A DNA stretch of 64,000 nt from Paraphysomonas bandaiensis (GCA_965644295.1 CBFFRP010000123.1:434001-498000), one strand, 5' to 3'. Shown: positions 26,901 to 40,755, counted from the first letter of the stretch. Numbers and translations are program-made. Notes: generated from the sequence alone by a model not told the origin.

Positions 26901-28719
26901 ATTTAACCCAGAGGTTATTCAGAAACTTCAGTCGCTTCAGACAGAGTTTTCTATTAATCCTAATTGCTTCCTTGAGAACCCATGTGATGTGGACGCAACT
27001 GTGGCAGAGGCCGACGAGAAGTTTGCGCGCGAGCTAGCTGACTTTTTGTTTAAAACCATTCTTCCAATGGTGACTGAATTAATCAGAATGGGAGAGGATA
27101 AGCCCCTTGATGGCAAAGCTTTAACTGATTACCTTCATGGTCATGGCATTAACATGCGGTATTTGGGGGAGTTGTGCATGCGTGCCAGGGCTGAAGAAGC
27201 CATTGAAATGGAAAACTTGAAGAATAAGCAAAGACGAAAGAACCCGATGCCACTGTATTGGCTGGAACTTTTGGAAGTGGAGATTATTGCCCGTTGTATG
27301 AAGCATATGGTTAACGATATCCTTGGAGCTGACAATTCTTTACGCGCAGCTCCAGCGAATGTTGTGTCCCATCTACTGAACCTTCTTCTAGGTACTGGTG
27401 AGAGCACAGTTCCACTTTCTGTGACAGAATCTCTCTCTCTGATCGAAAATCAGAAATCCGGAGATAAAAAGAAGAAGTCGAAGAAATCTGCTGGTGGAAA
27501 GGGAAGTGGTGCTGCCTTTGGTGTCACTGATACATTGCCTTTCACCTCTGCATTCAATATGTCTAAGGAGCAGTTTTGGAAGAAATACACTCATTTGGCA
27601 GAGTCAAAATTTTTATACACCCACGCTCTAATTCATAGGCACGAGTCTGGAAGCGATGCCTTCAAGAAGCAAGGACCATTCACGATATCCGCTAGACTCT
27701 CTAAATTGGCTATTCTTCGCCGTGTGTGCCAGATTAGTGGCATTCGCATTGTTTGCAAAAATTACGACTTCTCATCTCCTGCCCCATTCGGCGAATCGGA
27801 CGTTCAGGATATGTTTCCTATCATTAAATCATGTGAGCCCGACAGTCCAGTTCCTGAAGCCAAGTACTTTTTGGAAGAATCTAAGGTCTTCCTGCAGCAA
27901 GGTAATGCTGCAGCTGCCTACGAACGAGCTCAAGATGCTTCGAGATATGTATCTCAGGTATTAATGCATCTCTTTATTGAGGACGATGTCTGAAATATCT
28001 GCTTTCAGGTGGTTGGCCCCATTCATCGTGATTGTAGCCGTGCTCTTGAGATTATGTGCCAAGTTCTTCTTCACATCGGTGATAACAAGGCTGCCGTTAG
28101 CTCTCTGTCAAAGAAGCTCACGATTGATGTTCAACTTCAGGGTCTCGATAGCGCAGACACTATTCAGAATCACTTGAGCCTCAGCAGCGCCTATCAGGAA
28201 CTCGGTAACTATGTTGCTGCTGCTGCTCATGTGCAAACGGCGATGTATATCATGAAGCTGTGCTGCGGCGAAGAGCACCCTGACATATCATCGGTATATC
28301 TTAGACTCTCTGGCATTTTTTATAGTGTAGGAAAGTTTGACACTGCTTTCAAATGTCTGTACACAGCGAAGTTGCTGGTAGACAGAAATGGCGATCAGGG
28401 AACGCACGCTCTGATATGTCAGAGCATGGCAGATATCTACTCGCAACAAGATAACTTCAAGGACGCTATCACACTTCAAAAGCAGTGCTATGTCATTTCC
28501 CGTCAGCTATTCGGCGAAAGTGATCCTCGTACATCTGAGGCAAAGTCGCGCTTTGAGGTTCTGATTCGCAAATCTGCTGAAAAAAATGAAAAGCAGATTA
28601 ATGAGAAAGCAGAACGACAGAAGACTGAAAAAGAGAAAAGCAATTCCATGTGGCTTGAAGATGACTTCGGGTCAAAGCCAAACAAAAAAGGAAAGAGCAA
28701 GAAAGGGAAGAAGAAATAG
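23918..28719 (+). CDS. CLU1: Clustered mitochondria protein / Clueless (CLU1/TIF31), multi-exon
   Basis: SGWNPAPAARRLRGDLFYLEV, GFYVNRST, PREW|NEEIQ, FVFNNIFFS, VIDYKGQRWLGQSVIPGI, GSDGRVYVLE..TPRDANY, LHGHGINMRYLG, C-terminal TPRs. Confidence 0.92.
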
Positions 28720-30831
28720 AAACTGTAGAGAGGATTAGAACTCCTGCACTGATTGTATAACTGGAGTTTCAGTGGGAATCAGATGCACTCTTAGTTAGAA
28801 ATAATCCCTTGTTAATTAATACATTCTTCCGAATCACAACGAAGGCATAGTTATTTTTAATATATTTTTATGCATGTACGTACACAACGATATAGTTATA
28901 TTTAACTACGGGTAAAAGAAAGATATTTTGTCACGCGCTAAAAATTTGAATCGAGGGCTTAAATTCGGACAAGGAGCGATACTCCTATTAATAGGATTAG
29001 CATATGTGAATTATATTGTTCAATGAGCGATATATATCACAAACTGAATTAATGATAGTATCTGTTGAGGATCAAGGATCGTCATCATAATGATCGTCAT
29101 TGTCAGTTATATATGTAATATCTAATTTTTATCCCTAGGTTGCATTGTAGCTTCTTCTCATGATATTGAAAACCTAATATGTATAACTTTCTTGATATTG
29201 GAGGAAATATGTGTTCCCTGATTAACATTAGTAAAAAAGAAAAGTATAGTTTGAAGTTAGTAGTATTTATAAGTATGCTTAGCGAACCTAAACTGGCATT
29301 AGCCAAAAAAATCATAAACTTTCAAAGCTCCTGATGGAAGCAATTGCGATGAATTGAATTTCGCAGACAAATGTAATGATGAATGTATGCTTTACTAGTA
29401 GTGCAACTGACTCGAATGCAGAGTGTATGATATAAATTCAACCTAGAAATCAATGCTACAATTCCTATGTGGTTTTTGGTGGCTGCGTATCCGTTAGTTA
29501 TTTCTCGTGATATAAAGAGTTTATCTACAGCTTCGAATCGCTCTCAAATAGCAGAACTCAACAAGTGCTACAATTTATAAAAGTTCTTTAATAATTTTCA
29601 GCAGATGTGGTATTTGAACACCACTATAATTTTCTTGAAGTAGTGTTTCAAATCCCTGGTTATGAGATAGATCTCTTGCATTCACATCAGACGAAGGATT
29701 GAATAAAACTTGGAATATTCAATATAATGCTTTTGAGAGTTGAGTCGTCCTTGTGGTTTTACTAGAATTGTGTATTATAATGAAACACATGCAAATGACT
29801 GTTAATGCCCTTATCAAAATACCGATTCTTGAAGTTGAATAACTATATATGCGAATATGAGCGTTCTATTCAATGTAATTTATTTTGAAAACGCTTTTTT
29901 GAGACATAATGGATTGCAATTGAGGCCCATCATAACTCGTTTGAATAGAAATATAGGCCGAAATGACTTATATCTTATATCGTACATCAAATATCAATAT
30001 CGGATCAAGAACTCAGCACTTTGATTTGAGAGTAAATCTGACGTGGATTCAAGGGCTATTGAAAAGAATGTTGGCAGAATTTATGTAAAAATGAGATCGC
30101 GAAAGAGCTTAAAAAAGGTTTCTCGTTCATTTGGATTTGAGCATATCATTAAGAATTTGTATACACTTAAGAAGTACTTGTGAACTTCTACATTATATAC
30201 TAGTGTGATCGTTTATCCTATTTGGCCGTTGCAATCTCATTATTGTCACGTGCATTACTTGTGTAGATGCATTCAACATATAATATATAACAGTGCGCTT
30301 GTGAAGAGTAGGTATAATCATCCTTGATTAACTTACTTTCACAGCTACACAAAAATTTAGTTCTTGGAAGAGATATAATACAATATGAAGCCCCTTAGCA
30401 ATAAAATAATACTTCGAAACGCCAGAATATATTATATTTTATGATTCCCCCTGAGCTGCTAATTCACGAGGTCAAATATATTAGCGTATAGATGGCATTT
30501 GTAGTATCTATATCTCCTCCATTATACATACACCTATACAGTATTCTCCACTTCATAAAGTGTATTATAAGTACAGCACTATACTACAGATAGTAAGTTT
30601 CTCAGTAAATACACGATACACACATACCAAAGACGAATCAAGGGCCTCGAAGAGTTTCCTCATAGAATCATATAGCAAAATATCTCCCCTGAACCTCATC
30701 CTGAGGAGGCATTCATTCGAAGACCAGCACTGATAGTATGGAAGACAAGAGTTGATGCTGTATTAACACTCACATATACATGCGCATTCATCACTCTGTC
30801 TGATTTCATTCGAGCAGTTCACTTAGAGTTA

Positions 30832-31335
30832 CAGCGCATTCTCGATATATCGCGATGTATTCCACTAATCTTCTTTCAACTTCAATATAATTGGAAATTT
30901 TCAGTCGCTTAGCATCTGGATTTACAATGACATCGTATTTACCAGCTTCATATGCCTTAAGATAGCCGCGCATGGTAGCGTCTTTAACTCCATTAGCCCT
31001 GCACCATGCTCCAAAATTTCTACGAGAACTTCCAAGCCACTTTTCACATAATTGCTTTTGAACTTCAAGAGTCAGTGATTTCCTTTTTCCTGACATACTG
31101 TAATATTTACTGACACTTTCAATATGTTTGTAATTAAGCAGCAATATTTCCTGTTCAAAATTCCTGACACAGTATTTTCATGTATATATCTACATATATC
31201 TATTAGGGACAATGTTCTTTATTAGTACATTTCAGTTTTCCATTATAATTATGTGTGATGAAGTGTCCTGGACCAAAATCCGCGATATAAAAGGGTATCG
31301 CGATATACATACCGCGATATATCGAGAATGCGCTG
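30832..31335 (-). mobile_element. pogo/Tigger-like (Tc1/mariner superfamily) internally deleted DNA transposon retaining the N-terminal HTH coding region
   Basis: Perfect 23-bp TIR CAGCGCATTCTCGATATATCGCG (30832-30854 / 31313-31335). TA target duplication at 30830-31 and 31336-37. Internal ORF MSGKRKSLTLEVQKQL...KRLKISNYIEVERRLVEYI resembles the CENP-B/pogo double HTH. Confidence 0.85.
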
Positions 31336-31478
31336 TACTGCCTTGCCATGGGCGGCGTGACATGGAATCGAATAGATACAGGCAGCAAGATCAGAGTATA
31401 CCGCCGTATACCCTACACAATACAATATAGAATACTACGTATATACCTCAGTATCCTATCCGAAATACGCTGTAGTTT

Positions 31479-31527
31479 TATCCCAATTGAAAATATTATA
31501 TTTTGGGTAAAACCAAAACTATATAAA
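31479..31527 (+). promoter_or_regulatory. Putative U1 snRNA promoter (TATA box about -30; USE-like TCCCA about -70)
   Basis: TATATAAA at 31520-31527 and TATCCCAATTG near 31480, spaced like plant snRNA USE/TATA promoters. Confidence 0.45.
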
Positions 31528-31551
31528 TGGCTGTAACACCCACTCTCAATC

Positions 31552-31721
31552 ATACTTACCTGTTCGCGGTTTGGGGCCGATCAAGCAAAGCCCTGGCCCC
31601 CCTTTGAGCAGGCCATTGCACTGGCGCAAGCCTGAGGTGCTGTAATTTGGGGTGAACATCCTTCGGGGTGTCTCAGCGGAATAATTTTTGACAGCTGGAG
31701 ACTGCGCTTGTCGCGTCTCCT
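31552..31721 (+). ncRNA. U1: U1 spliceosomal snRNA
   Basis: 5' ATACTTACCTG; loop I GATCAAGCAAAG; loop II CATTGCACT (U1A site); Sm site ATAATTTTTG (31681); terminal stem GGAGAC(T)GCG/CGCGTCTCC. Confidence 0.93.
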
Positions 31722-32677
31722 TCACACACATACATACATTTATACATATATACATACATTCATGCAAGATACATTTTTACATATCCCACACAATATGAGT
31801 GAATCTTTCAGTTGAATTACTTTAATAGAGAATTGATGATACCGCATTTCGTAGTGAAGGTATTAATCAGTTCATGAAATGGGAACTCTCTGTATCGCAA
31901 TCTCAGATATGACTATGGATTTTAGTGTACTGCATAGATTTTTGATGTGATACGAGATTACATGGATGTCTGTCGTAACATTTAGAGCAGTAATAAAAGT
32001 ATGTTGACTAAGTACTGCCAGTATGCTGCAGTTTGTAATATAAGCGAGTTGGGTTGTTCGTTCAATAATTATTATACCTATGCCTAATGTGTTATCATGC
32101 TATCCAAACGCAATCCTTGCATGCTGCGTATACGCAGCACATGGAGCAATTATCACTCCATTATTATCTCACACGCTAATGTTTTGTTCGTCTATGCATA
32201 ACGCTTACATGTTGTAGTGATAGTCGAAGTAGTGCTAGATGCAGAGTGCCGTGAAGTTAAGATTATATACACAATGGCTTCTTACTCTAGTGTGTAGTGT
32301 GTATTCCGATCAATAACTTTTCACGTCTTACTGCGCGTAGCAAGGTGCTTATGTCAAATACCAAAGTACCAGGAAAATATTATGCGCAATACCCAGGTGC
32401 CTGAAATATACATTTAAATTTCGGTAATCGGCACTCTTTCCACAAACATAACATATAAACTGAATATCTGTATGGTAAATTGTAGCTTGGAAAAGCACAC
32501 ATGTGTTACATATTTGCTGTCGAAGTGCTTACTCTTACATAACAGCTCCATGGAAAGAAACTGAAAAGTACGCGCATGAAATACTTGCTACGAACAACTA
32601 CAAAAATGACTGGGCTAGTATCCAATTACAGAGCCAGTACCAACTGAAATGCAGACACGCAATACCATACTCTCCCT

Positions 32678-34159
32678 TTAGATAAATGCATTAGGCAACT
32701 TCTTGTAACGCACCATAACATGATTCTTCGGCCCGACCACCATGGCGGTATAGTCCGGTTCGGGGAACTCTTTGTCAACAGGCTCTATCTTGAAGTTTCT
32801 GAGCAGTACTGACATGATAACTTTCACCTGGAGGAGACCAAACTGTTGGCCCATACAAGCGTGCATTCCACCTCCGAAAGCGAGATAGGCAAACTGCGTC
32901 TTCTGTTCGTTCCTCTCTGGACCGAAGCGCTCCGGTTCAAAGGAGTTAGGATTAGTGAACACAGACTCAAGTCTTGAGGCCGCAGCTGGGGAGGTCACAC
33001 AGATGTCGCCCTTGGGAATGATGTACTTAGTGCCATTAGAAGTTGTCTCGATATCTTGCATCGCCATGCGCATAAGCATGATCAAAGGAGGATGCATGCG
33101 TAGAGCCTCTTTCACACAATTTTGAAGATAATCCATTCTCCCAACCTATAACAAATAAGACACAACGTTGACTATAGTGGGCTATAATACCTCATCAAAA
33201 TCAAGGTTTGCAGAGCGAGAGGGGAGCACTTCATCCTGTTCCTCCATCACTTTATCCAGACACCGCTGGTGGAATATAAGAAACATAAGGGTCCAAGTCG
33301 ACGTAATGGAAGATGTGTGCTGCCCAGCAAAAAGAAGGGCGATGAGAAGCCCCACAATCTCCTCATCAGTAAGCTTGCCACCTTCCTTGTACTCAAGGTC
33401 CATGAAAACCTGTAGAATATCTGTGCGGTCCGACCCATCACCACCCTTGGCACGACGCTCAGCAATAACTTTAGAAAAGATCTTAATCATTTCCTGACGG
33501 GCTCTGTCGCGAATTCTATGTGCCTCAGTGGGAGCATTGGGAAAGAAAAAGGACAATGGGGTGACACCCTTGTCGAGATCGTGGTAAATCCTTGCTACAT
33601 CCTCAAACATACCTTCTCTCACCTCATCACCATGAAGACACCGTGAAGCAGTCAAAATAGTGAGTTCAGACAATGCATCTAAAATGTTGATTTCACCAGA
33701 GTCTCCCCAGCGCTTAAGGTATTGGATAGTCTCCATTTCAATTTTCGGAATGTAAGCCTTTAGACGATTTGAGCGCAAGGCTTGGGCCATGTGTTGCATC
33801 TGCTGCATTCGTTTCTTTGGCTCGGCGTCATAAACAACACCCTTACCAAACACAGGGGTCATAAACCCATAAACTTCAGGTTGACTCATGTAGTCATCGC
33901 TAAGACGAAAGAAAGGGGCTGATGTCTCCGGGCCGACCAAGAACGTAAGTTTTTTATGAAGCATAGGAACAGTGTAGAGTGGTCCAAATTTTTTGCGGCA
34001 TATTTCAATAAAATTGATCGGGTTCTTAGCAAACTCAATGTAGTTTCCAATGAGAGGGGCTCCGACAGATGCCAGTGGAGGGGAGTTGCTAGGCCGGCGG
34101 GAAAAGATAAAATAAGCTATGACAATAGCCACTACAATGGCTACTACTACAGGAAGCAT
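32678..34159 (-). CDS. CYP51: Sterol 14-alpha-demethylase (cytochrome P450 family 51), 2 exons, ~478 aa
   Basis: N-terminal TM anchor, EVYGFMTPVFGKGVVYD, I-helix LIALLFAGQHTSSIT, KEALRMHPP, PERF, heme motif FGGGMHACMG. Intron 33190-33146 joins in frame. Confidence 0.95.
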
Positions 34160-34526
34160 TATGAATATGCCCTTGCAACTGATTCTTCAGTGATAATATA
34201 ATATATATAATACTATCCCACTGCAAGATCAAGTATAGTTGAGATATGAATCACTCTGTTGGTATTGAAGAGGTTTTTTGAACTGAAGGAACCTGTGCTT
34301 GTTTTGTGTGGTTGTTGTTGGTGTTTAGCATGGACTGCTGAGTATGAGGACATGAAACCAAATGATTCCTATTGGAGAAGCTGTAGATACTGGGAGATAT
34401 AGAGCAGTATCATGTGCTATACAGGTTGTATACCCCTGGAATACAGTGGTATGTAAAATGGACAGGAGTTGAGTAGTTGTGATTTAAGGACACTCAGTCG
34501 CTAATATCTCCTCTATTTATGTGAAT

Positions 34527-35721
34527 ATGTCGGAACCAAGTGACCATTGGCCAGATTATGTTGTAGGGCTTACGCTGTTTATGGTCACATCTATTGGTGT
34601 ATCTCGATTTACTAGATCCCTTGTTAAGCGCTCTCAGAAGAACATACATATAGAAGACTTCCGTCGAGATGGTGTGGTTGTCATTCCTAATGTACTTTCC
34701 CCAGCCGAAGTCCAGGAAATTAGGAAATCTTTTCACGACTTTCTGGCAACACGAGGGGTACGTTTCTCATGCTGACACTGCACCATTGTAACCTATCCGA
34801 AAGTGTGATGTAGATAATTTGCCCGATACCGCAGATGCTCTGTCTTCTATGTCTTCGACCGGAGGTGCAGGTGGAATTTTAGATGTTTTCTACGAGCCTT
34901 GGAAGTTAAGAGTTAATGAGCATCCTAAAGTTGTTGATTGGCTTGTGTCCTTGTTGGGTGCATCGTACAGTAAATGTGTTGCTCCATTCAACCACCCGTA
35001 CGGAGTATTTAATGCCCAGCAGGTGTATATGTATATTGATAGAGTGTGCTTTAGGATTCCCAATGCTATTTCCTCTCGTTTTAAAGTTAAAAAAAAGAAA
35101 GGATTGCAGCGGTCTCTAACGCCGCATTTGGATTGTTGCCCCCATCGAATGCATGAAAGCGACAAAAAAACTCCCAAGTGGCGACCAATTCAAGCTTTTA
35201 TTGCTTTAACAGATACATTACATCCTAATGAAGGAGGCTTTGAGGCACATCCTGGGTTTCATATGCAGTTTGATGAGTGGTCGCGAAAAAGGCCTCCAAG
35301 TGAAGGTTATGGTGGCTTGCCTACCCCACCTCCATGCGTTGGGGAGTTTACTCCTATTCGTCCGCAAGAGGATAAGGAAATAATTGCTGGTATGATATGT
35401 TTACATTATAAATTGCTATGTATGATTATTTGGACAGGCATGAAACACATACCATGTCGTGCAGGTGATCTCGTATGCTGGGATTATAGAATTCCACATG
35501 CTAACGCCCGTCGGAATGATAGTTCAACCCCACGGGAGGTCATATATATAGGTGTACTTCCAGGAATAGACATAAATCGACGGTATGCTGAGGAGCAGCT
35601 GAAATCTTTTAGAGAAGGTATTGTACCGACTGATCAATGGCATGAGAGTACAGATAGACAGCCATGTATGCATGAGTTTACTGCGCTTGGTCGAAGAATG
35701 ATGACTATCGATAGTTATTAG
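34527..35721 (+). CDS. Phytanoyl-CoA dioxygenase-like Fe(II)/2OG oxygenase, multi-exon
   Basis: FRRDGVVVIPNVLSPAEV, HxD motif LTPHLD, IQAFIALTD...GGF...PGFH, AGDLVCWDYRIPHAN. Confidence 0.75.
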
Positions 35722-36216
35722 TGTAGAATTTTTAGTGTGTGAAATATATGCTCAATGTAATACGTACGCATTCTATTTAATTGACTCGAATGTCAGTATT
35801 GACTCTCATCTTCCATTCTTTATAGTATTTTACACATCTACTTCGATGAAATACTGAGTGTATTTTCTCTAAACGTTGTAGATGAGAATCTCAGTCTACT
35901 TCAGCTATATCAAGGTTGATATATTAGTATTGCATCATATAGCCTATATATGAATACAGGAGTAGCCAAGCTAATTCATATCCCGCACAACCTATATCAT
36001 ATTACTGTAGTTATTTGTGCCGCTGCACACTGCACAGCGATTAAAATGACGACATGATGATGCTTTAATGCTTTTACACCCAATAATCGCTATTCCTACA
36101 AGACATGGAGTTATCTCTTCTTGATTCAGTAATAGCATCAAATACGAGAACAAGGAAGAAAGCAAACTAGGCAACAATTACTCGTATGCATACAATTCAC
36201 ACATGCCTCAAATATT

Positions 36217-37941
36217 TTATATGTCTTCATATTTTAGTGCCTTCCCTGATGTACTCGGTCTTCGATATGCTACATTATCATTATCATACAGAACGGGTGC
36301 CGAAGACGATCTTGAGCACCGCGTGAACATTTTTCTATCACTACTACTACTGCTGCTGGGGCTCAAAGGAGGGGTCGCCTTTTGCTGACTAGATATCTGG
36401 TGGCTACTGCTTCTTTGATTTCGCACGGGAGATGGGAACACTTCAGAGGAAGGAAGAGCAGATGTGGAATGAGAGGGTCGTAACAGAGTCGTAACCGAGT
36501 TCTGAGACTTGTGCTGTTTTCCATTTCCCCCTTTGCCTCCGTCGCTCTGCACAATTAGTCGATCCTTTGGCTCGAACGCTTGTTTTACCGCTATATATTC
36601 TTTCTCATCAATATTTATGCACGAGACATGCTCAATTAGTTTCTCTGTATCAATACCTGGCGGGAGCTTTGCAAGATATCTTATAATCTCGGATGCATGA
36701 CAAACCTCCAGTATCGCCTCGAACATTTTAAGGATAGCAATCGCGCAGCGAATAACGAAAACCTCACCGTCAATAAGATATGCATCCCACAATCTTGCTG
36801 TGGTATTCATTGGAAGGGCCTTTGAAAACACAGTCATTGACCAATCCATAAGAAATATCTGTGATGACACGCCTTCTTCTTGGAAATGACTATACAATGT
36901 TGGAATGTGAGATTCGAAAAAGTGGTCAAATGTGGATACATAGCCTGCAATGATATCTGGTTTTAGGCGATAGAAATCAAAAGTTATCCGTTTGCAGATC
37001 ATGTTTGCAAACGTTTGAAAGGCTGTATATTCGTCAGCATAGTACACACACATTGCTGCCATGTAGCTCATTCCCTGGACATAACCTAGGTCTGGACGAT
37101 AGCACGAGAATGTTCGCAATAAACTACCCAGACTTGACGACAATGGGCCACTGGAGTGAAATACCTTGCCTGCAGATTGTTCTGCAAAGGTCCTTGGAAG
37201 GTCTTGCTCGATGGATACCATTGTCGCTTCTAGGCCTTGATACATTGTGCATAGATCTGATTGGAGCTATAAGCTAAAATAAAAATGCCACAACGATACA
37301 CCCATACCGTTAATTTCACCCTTATCTTGACTTGTTGATTCAAAGTCTGCTTCTAACGCAGCCAGTTTATCCGCCCGATTCTTAAATATCAGATATAATT
37401 CCTGGTTTATCTGGAGGGGGTTTTCTATCAATAGGCTCCAGGCCTTCCCCCTGACTGCTGCAGGTATTCCCTGGTAACAAAGGTTCCGAAGCGAACTATC
37501 ATCTCTCGATATTGTTTCCCAGCTGTTGATGATTTAAACATTAACTATGCTTTCCATTATATATATTGCAATTCAACCTAAAGAGCATTGTAATCCAGTT
37601 CCTGAGAGACTCCTTTGTCTGTGTCTTACGCTCATCGTCATCATCATCGTCAGCATTTAACATTCTTGATAGGTCGAAGACTATCACCTAGTGAGACAAT
37701 GCAGATGGCATGATTAATATATCCGGTCACACTGTTCGTATGATATGTGGAGGATGCACAGTGTGATACGTGACAAAATACATTGTAGTCCGGGAATGGA
37801 ATACCGCAACAGCAAAGGCTCACAGATAAAATTCCCGGATTTTCCAAGTTTTTGATAAAAAGACCCAAGAATCAAAAACCATATTTCCTGTGTTTTTGTG
37901 TCTTGAATATAGCGTAGGAGTTCCGGATTAGCTCTGTACAT
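36217..37941 (-). CDS. TBC-domain Rab GTPase-activating protein (TBC1D12/14-like); 5' exons uncertain
   Basis: GIPAAVRGKAWSLLI in an upstream exon, IEQDLPRTF, YRPDLGYVQGMSY, RLWDAYLIDGE. Confidence 0.8.
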
Positions 37942-38093
37942 ATGTTAGAGTTCTGCTCATGGACACTGATACATATACTAACCAGCTTAGTTCCATTCAA
38001 TGTCATGAATTTCATTTGAAATATTTGTATATTAACGTGGAAATATTGTGACGCGAACAGTCTGTGAGACTGGGAAGAAATTCATAGTGAAAT

Positions 38094-39788
38094 ATGTTAA
38101 GGTGGGGTCTGTTCATGTGTTTATGGTTAGGTGCTGCACTGGGCGCCATGCAGCCCCGAGAAAAATGGCCCCAGAGTACGTCACGCTGTGACTTATTACT
38201 ATGTAGTCACACTTATCTGTTTTAAGTTATATCACATCGCGGGGCCTGCGGTTATGTTCCCGAACACTCTCTCCATGCGTACAAGTTGGCCATGGATCTG
38301 GGAACTGATTACATTGAACCCGATTTGTGTTTGTCTAAAGATGGTTATGTTTTCGTATCATAAAGATGCTCTTATTTTACGACATACTTCTCGTGTGATG
38401 TTAGGCGTATTTGTTGTGATGCATGATATAACGCTTGATGAAACGACTGACATCATGGACCACACAGAGTTTGCCGATAGATCTAATGAAGGTGTGAGTA
38501 TAGGTAGTGTATATACTGAATTCACCGATTTTATATAGGGCACTTTTATGTTGCCGATTTTACTGTCGATGAGCTGAAAGTATTGCGTTTGAAACAGGTA
38601 GACTAGTTATTACACCAATTGCTACACATAGTAACGATGTCGCAGCGACTTTCATCTCGTACGACTCTCTACGATGGCTTGTTTACTATTCCGACATTCT
38701 CGGAGGTGATAGATCTAGTATGGTCAAATTACAATTCTACAGGATATACTATCGGTATATACCCTGAACTTAAGGTATGTATGCTGTTCAGGTCGACTGC
38801 TCTCCCGGTCGCCTCATTTGGTGATAACTACTTATACTGAATCATTTGTTTTAGCAACCTTCTTACCATAATGCCCTCGGCTTTGAAATGAGTATGGAGG
38901 AGATGCTCGTGGCACAACTTGATGAGGGTGGATACGAGGTTCATGGAGTGTCCAACAACCTGACCATGGTATCACATGACCACACATGTTATTCAGTATA
39001 CGTGAGATAGCAGCGGCCATAATAGTACATTGCAATGTGTGAAACCGATATTCCAGTATACTTGTACTGTAGCACAGCTGCGTAATATTGATGTGAAGCA
39101 GGTGCACCCTGTGGTGATACAATGCTTCGAGGAGGAAAGCCTTATATCTCTAAGCAGTCTTACCGACATTCCCCTCTTGCAGCTCGTCGGTAGCTCTGTG
39201 AAGTGGACGGAAGGTGGGCATGTTTTGCTTTACTATTAAACTAACCACATTGTAATCAGATACCTTGGAGAGTATAGCCGAGTACGCGCACGGTGTGGGG
39301 CCAGATAAGGTATGTGGCATCATGATAATAAGTTCTCCTGGAGTAATTTTCAAGTTTCTTTCCTTCTTTTAGTCGATTTTTACGGATGTACCTCTGGAAG
39401 ATGCTCGGGATATGACCATGCTCGCCCATGAGCTTGAACTTGCTATTCATCCATATACTTTTCGGTATCACTGATTTTTTTGGTTGTTGCGTGCACATTA
39501 ATGTTTTGCTGTCCAGGCAAGAATCTAGCAGTGTTGCATCTCAGTTCAATGGTGATGCACAGGCTGAGGTAAGCCAGCATGATATGACTACAACGAAGTT
39601 ATGATTATATTAGGCCGCGTATTTTTACTGCTGCTTGGGTGTGGATGCCACCTTCGCTGAATTTACTGACCATATGAGAGAGGTATCTACCTGTGATATT
39701 GCTTTTATCTTCTGTTTAACAATATATACAGACTCTTGATGAACTCTTAATGGACCCAACATCTGTATGTGCGATGGCTAGCTGCTGA
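38094..39788 (+). CDS. Secreted glycerophosphodiester phosphodiesterase (GDPD), many small exons
   Basis: Signal peptide [17 protein letters not shown]; spliced [37 protein letters not shown]; [15 protein letters not shown]; IPTFSEVI; GIYPELK; [11 protein letters not shown]; IHPYTFR. Confidence 0.85.
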
Positions 39789-40755
39789 TGCATGCCAACT
39801 ACCTTTGCATGCTTGTTTTTGCTACCATATATGATGGACATATATGCATTACTATACTTTGTTGAAGTTACACTGTTATTGTAGCTTTTTTCATCAGCGA
39901 TATCCAAGTACTCTGTTACCTTTGATATGTGCAGATATGTGAATTTAATATAATCCAAATATGTCTCATTGACGCATAGTTAGGAGTGGCAAGCATTGTA
40001 TGTTTTTTGTTCTTAGCATACGTCCTATATCCACTATCAACGGGATATATCGTACGTCAGGAAAGATGTACATATTATCCCTATTTGATTAAATATAATT
40101 ATAGCTTCATCGTGAATACAGCGGCAGTACAGTATTGCTTTCTAATAAATGATGCTGCATGTAAAAACAAGGTTCAAAATTCCTGATAAACTTTTGGCAT
40201 ATTGCTGAAACCTTAATAACACCAGCAGGAGTATCCTGTAGCTTGTAGAGCCTAACAGAATTCAAATTTCTCAATGCTGCAATACGTACTGCAGTGTACT
40301 ACTAACAATAGGTTCATAAACTTATATAACTTAGCTTTCAGTTGACAAGATTTAGCCGTTTTCTAGAAATATATACAATATACACGTATCAGTATTCAAA
40401 AATAAACGCGTTAAGGTCAGCTTCGGTGTGACAACTATATTCTTTAAAACTGAGTAGCATACTTTCAAGTCTTAAGTGATCGAAATTATTCACGATACAC
40501 TTTCTCCATGACAATTGTAATTGTTCGTCAAAGTATAGTTGAGCACACTTCAAAAATATGGCTAGCACTCAACACATTAATTTATGTCAAAGTATCATAA
40601 ACGTGTTCGTCTAACTATAAATAAAGCAACACAATTCACGAGAACAAGTCTTGCTTTAAATTCACTTGGAGCATCCTTTAAGTTGTAAATGCGTGTATAT
40701 ACGCAATTTAATAGTATGTAACACATTTTACATGCACAGTAATTGTTGATTCATA

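Noticed and set aside
31722-31762. CA/CATA microsatellite after U1 (similar TGTA runs near 50550)
   Set aside because: Ordinary simple repeats.
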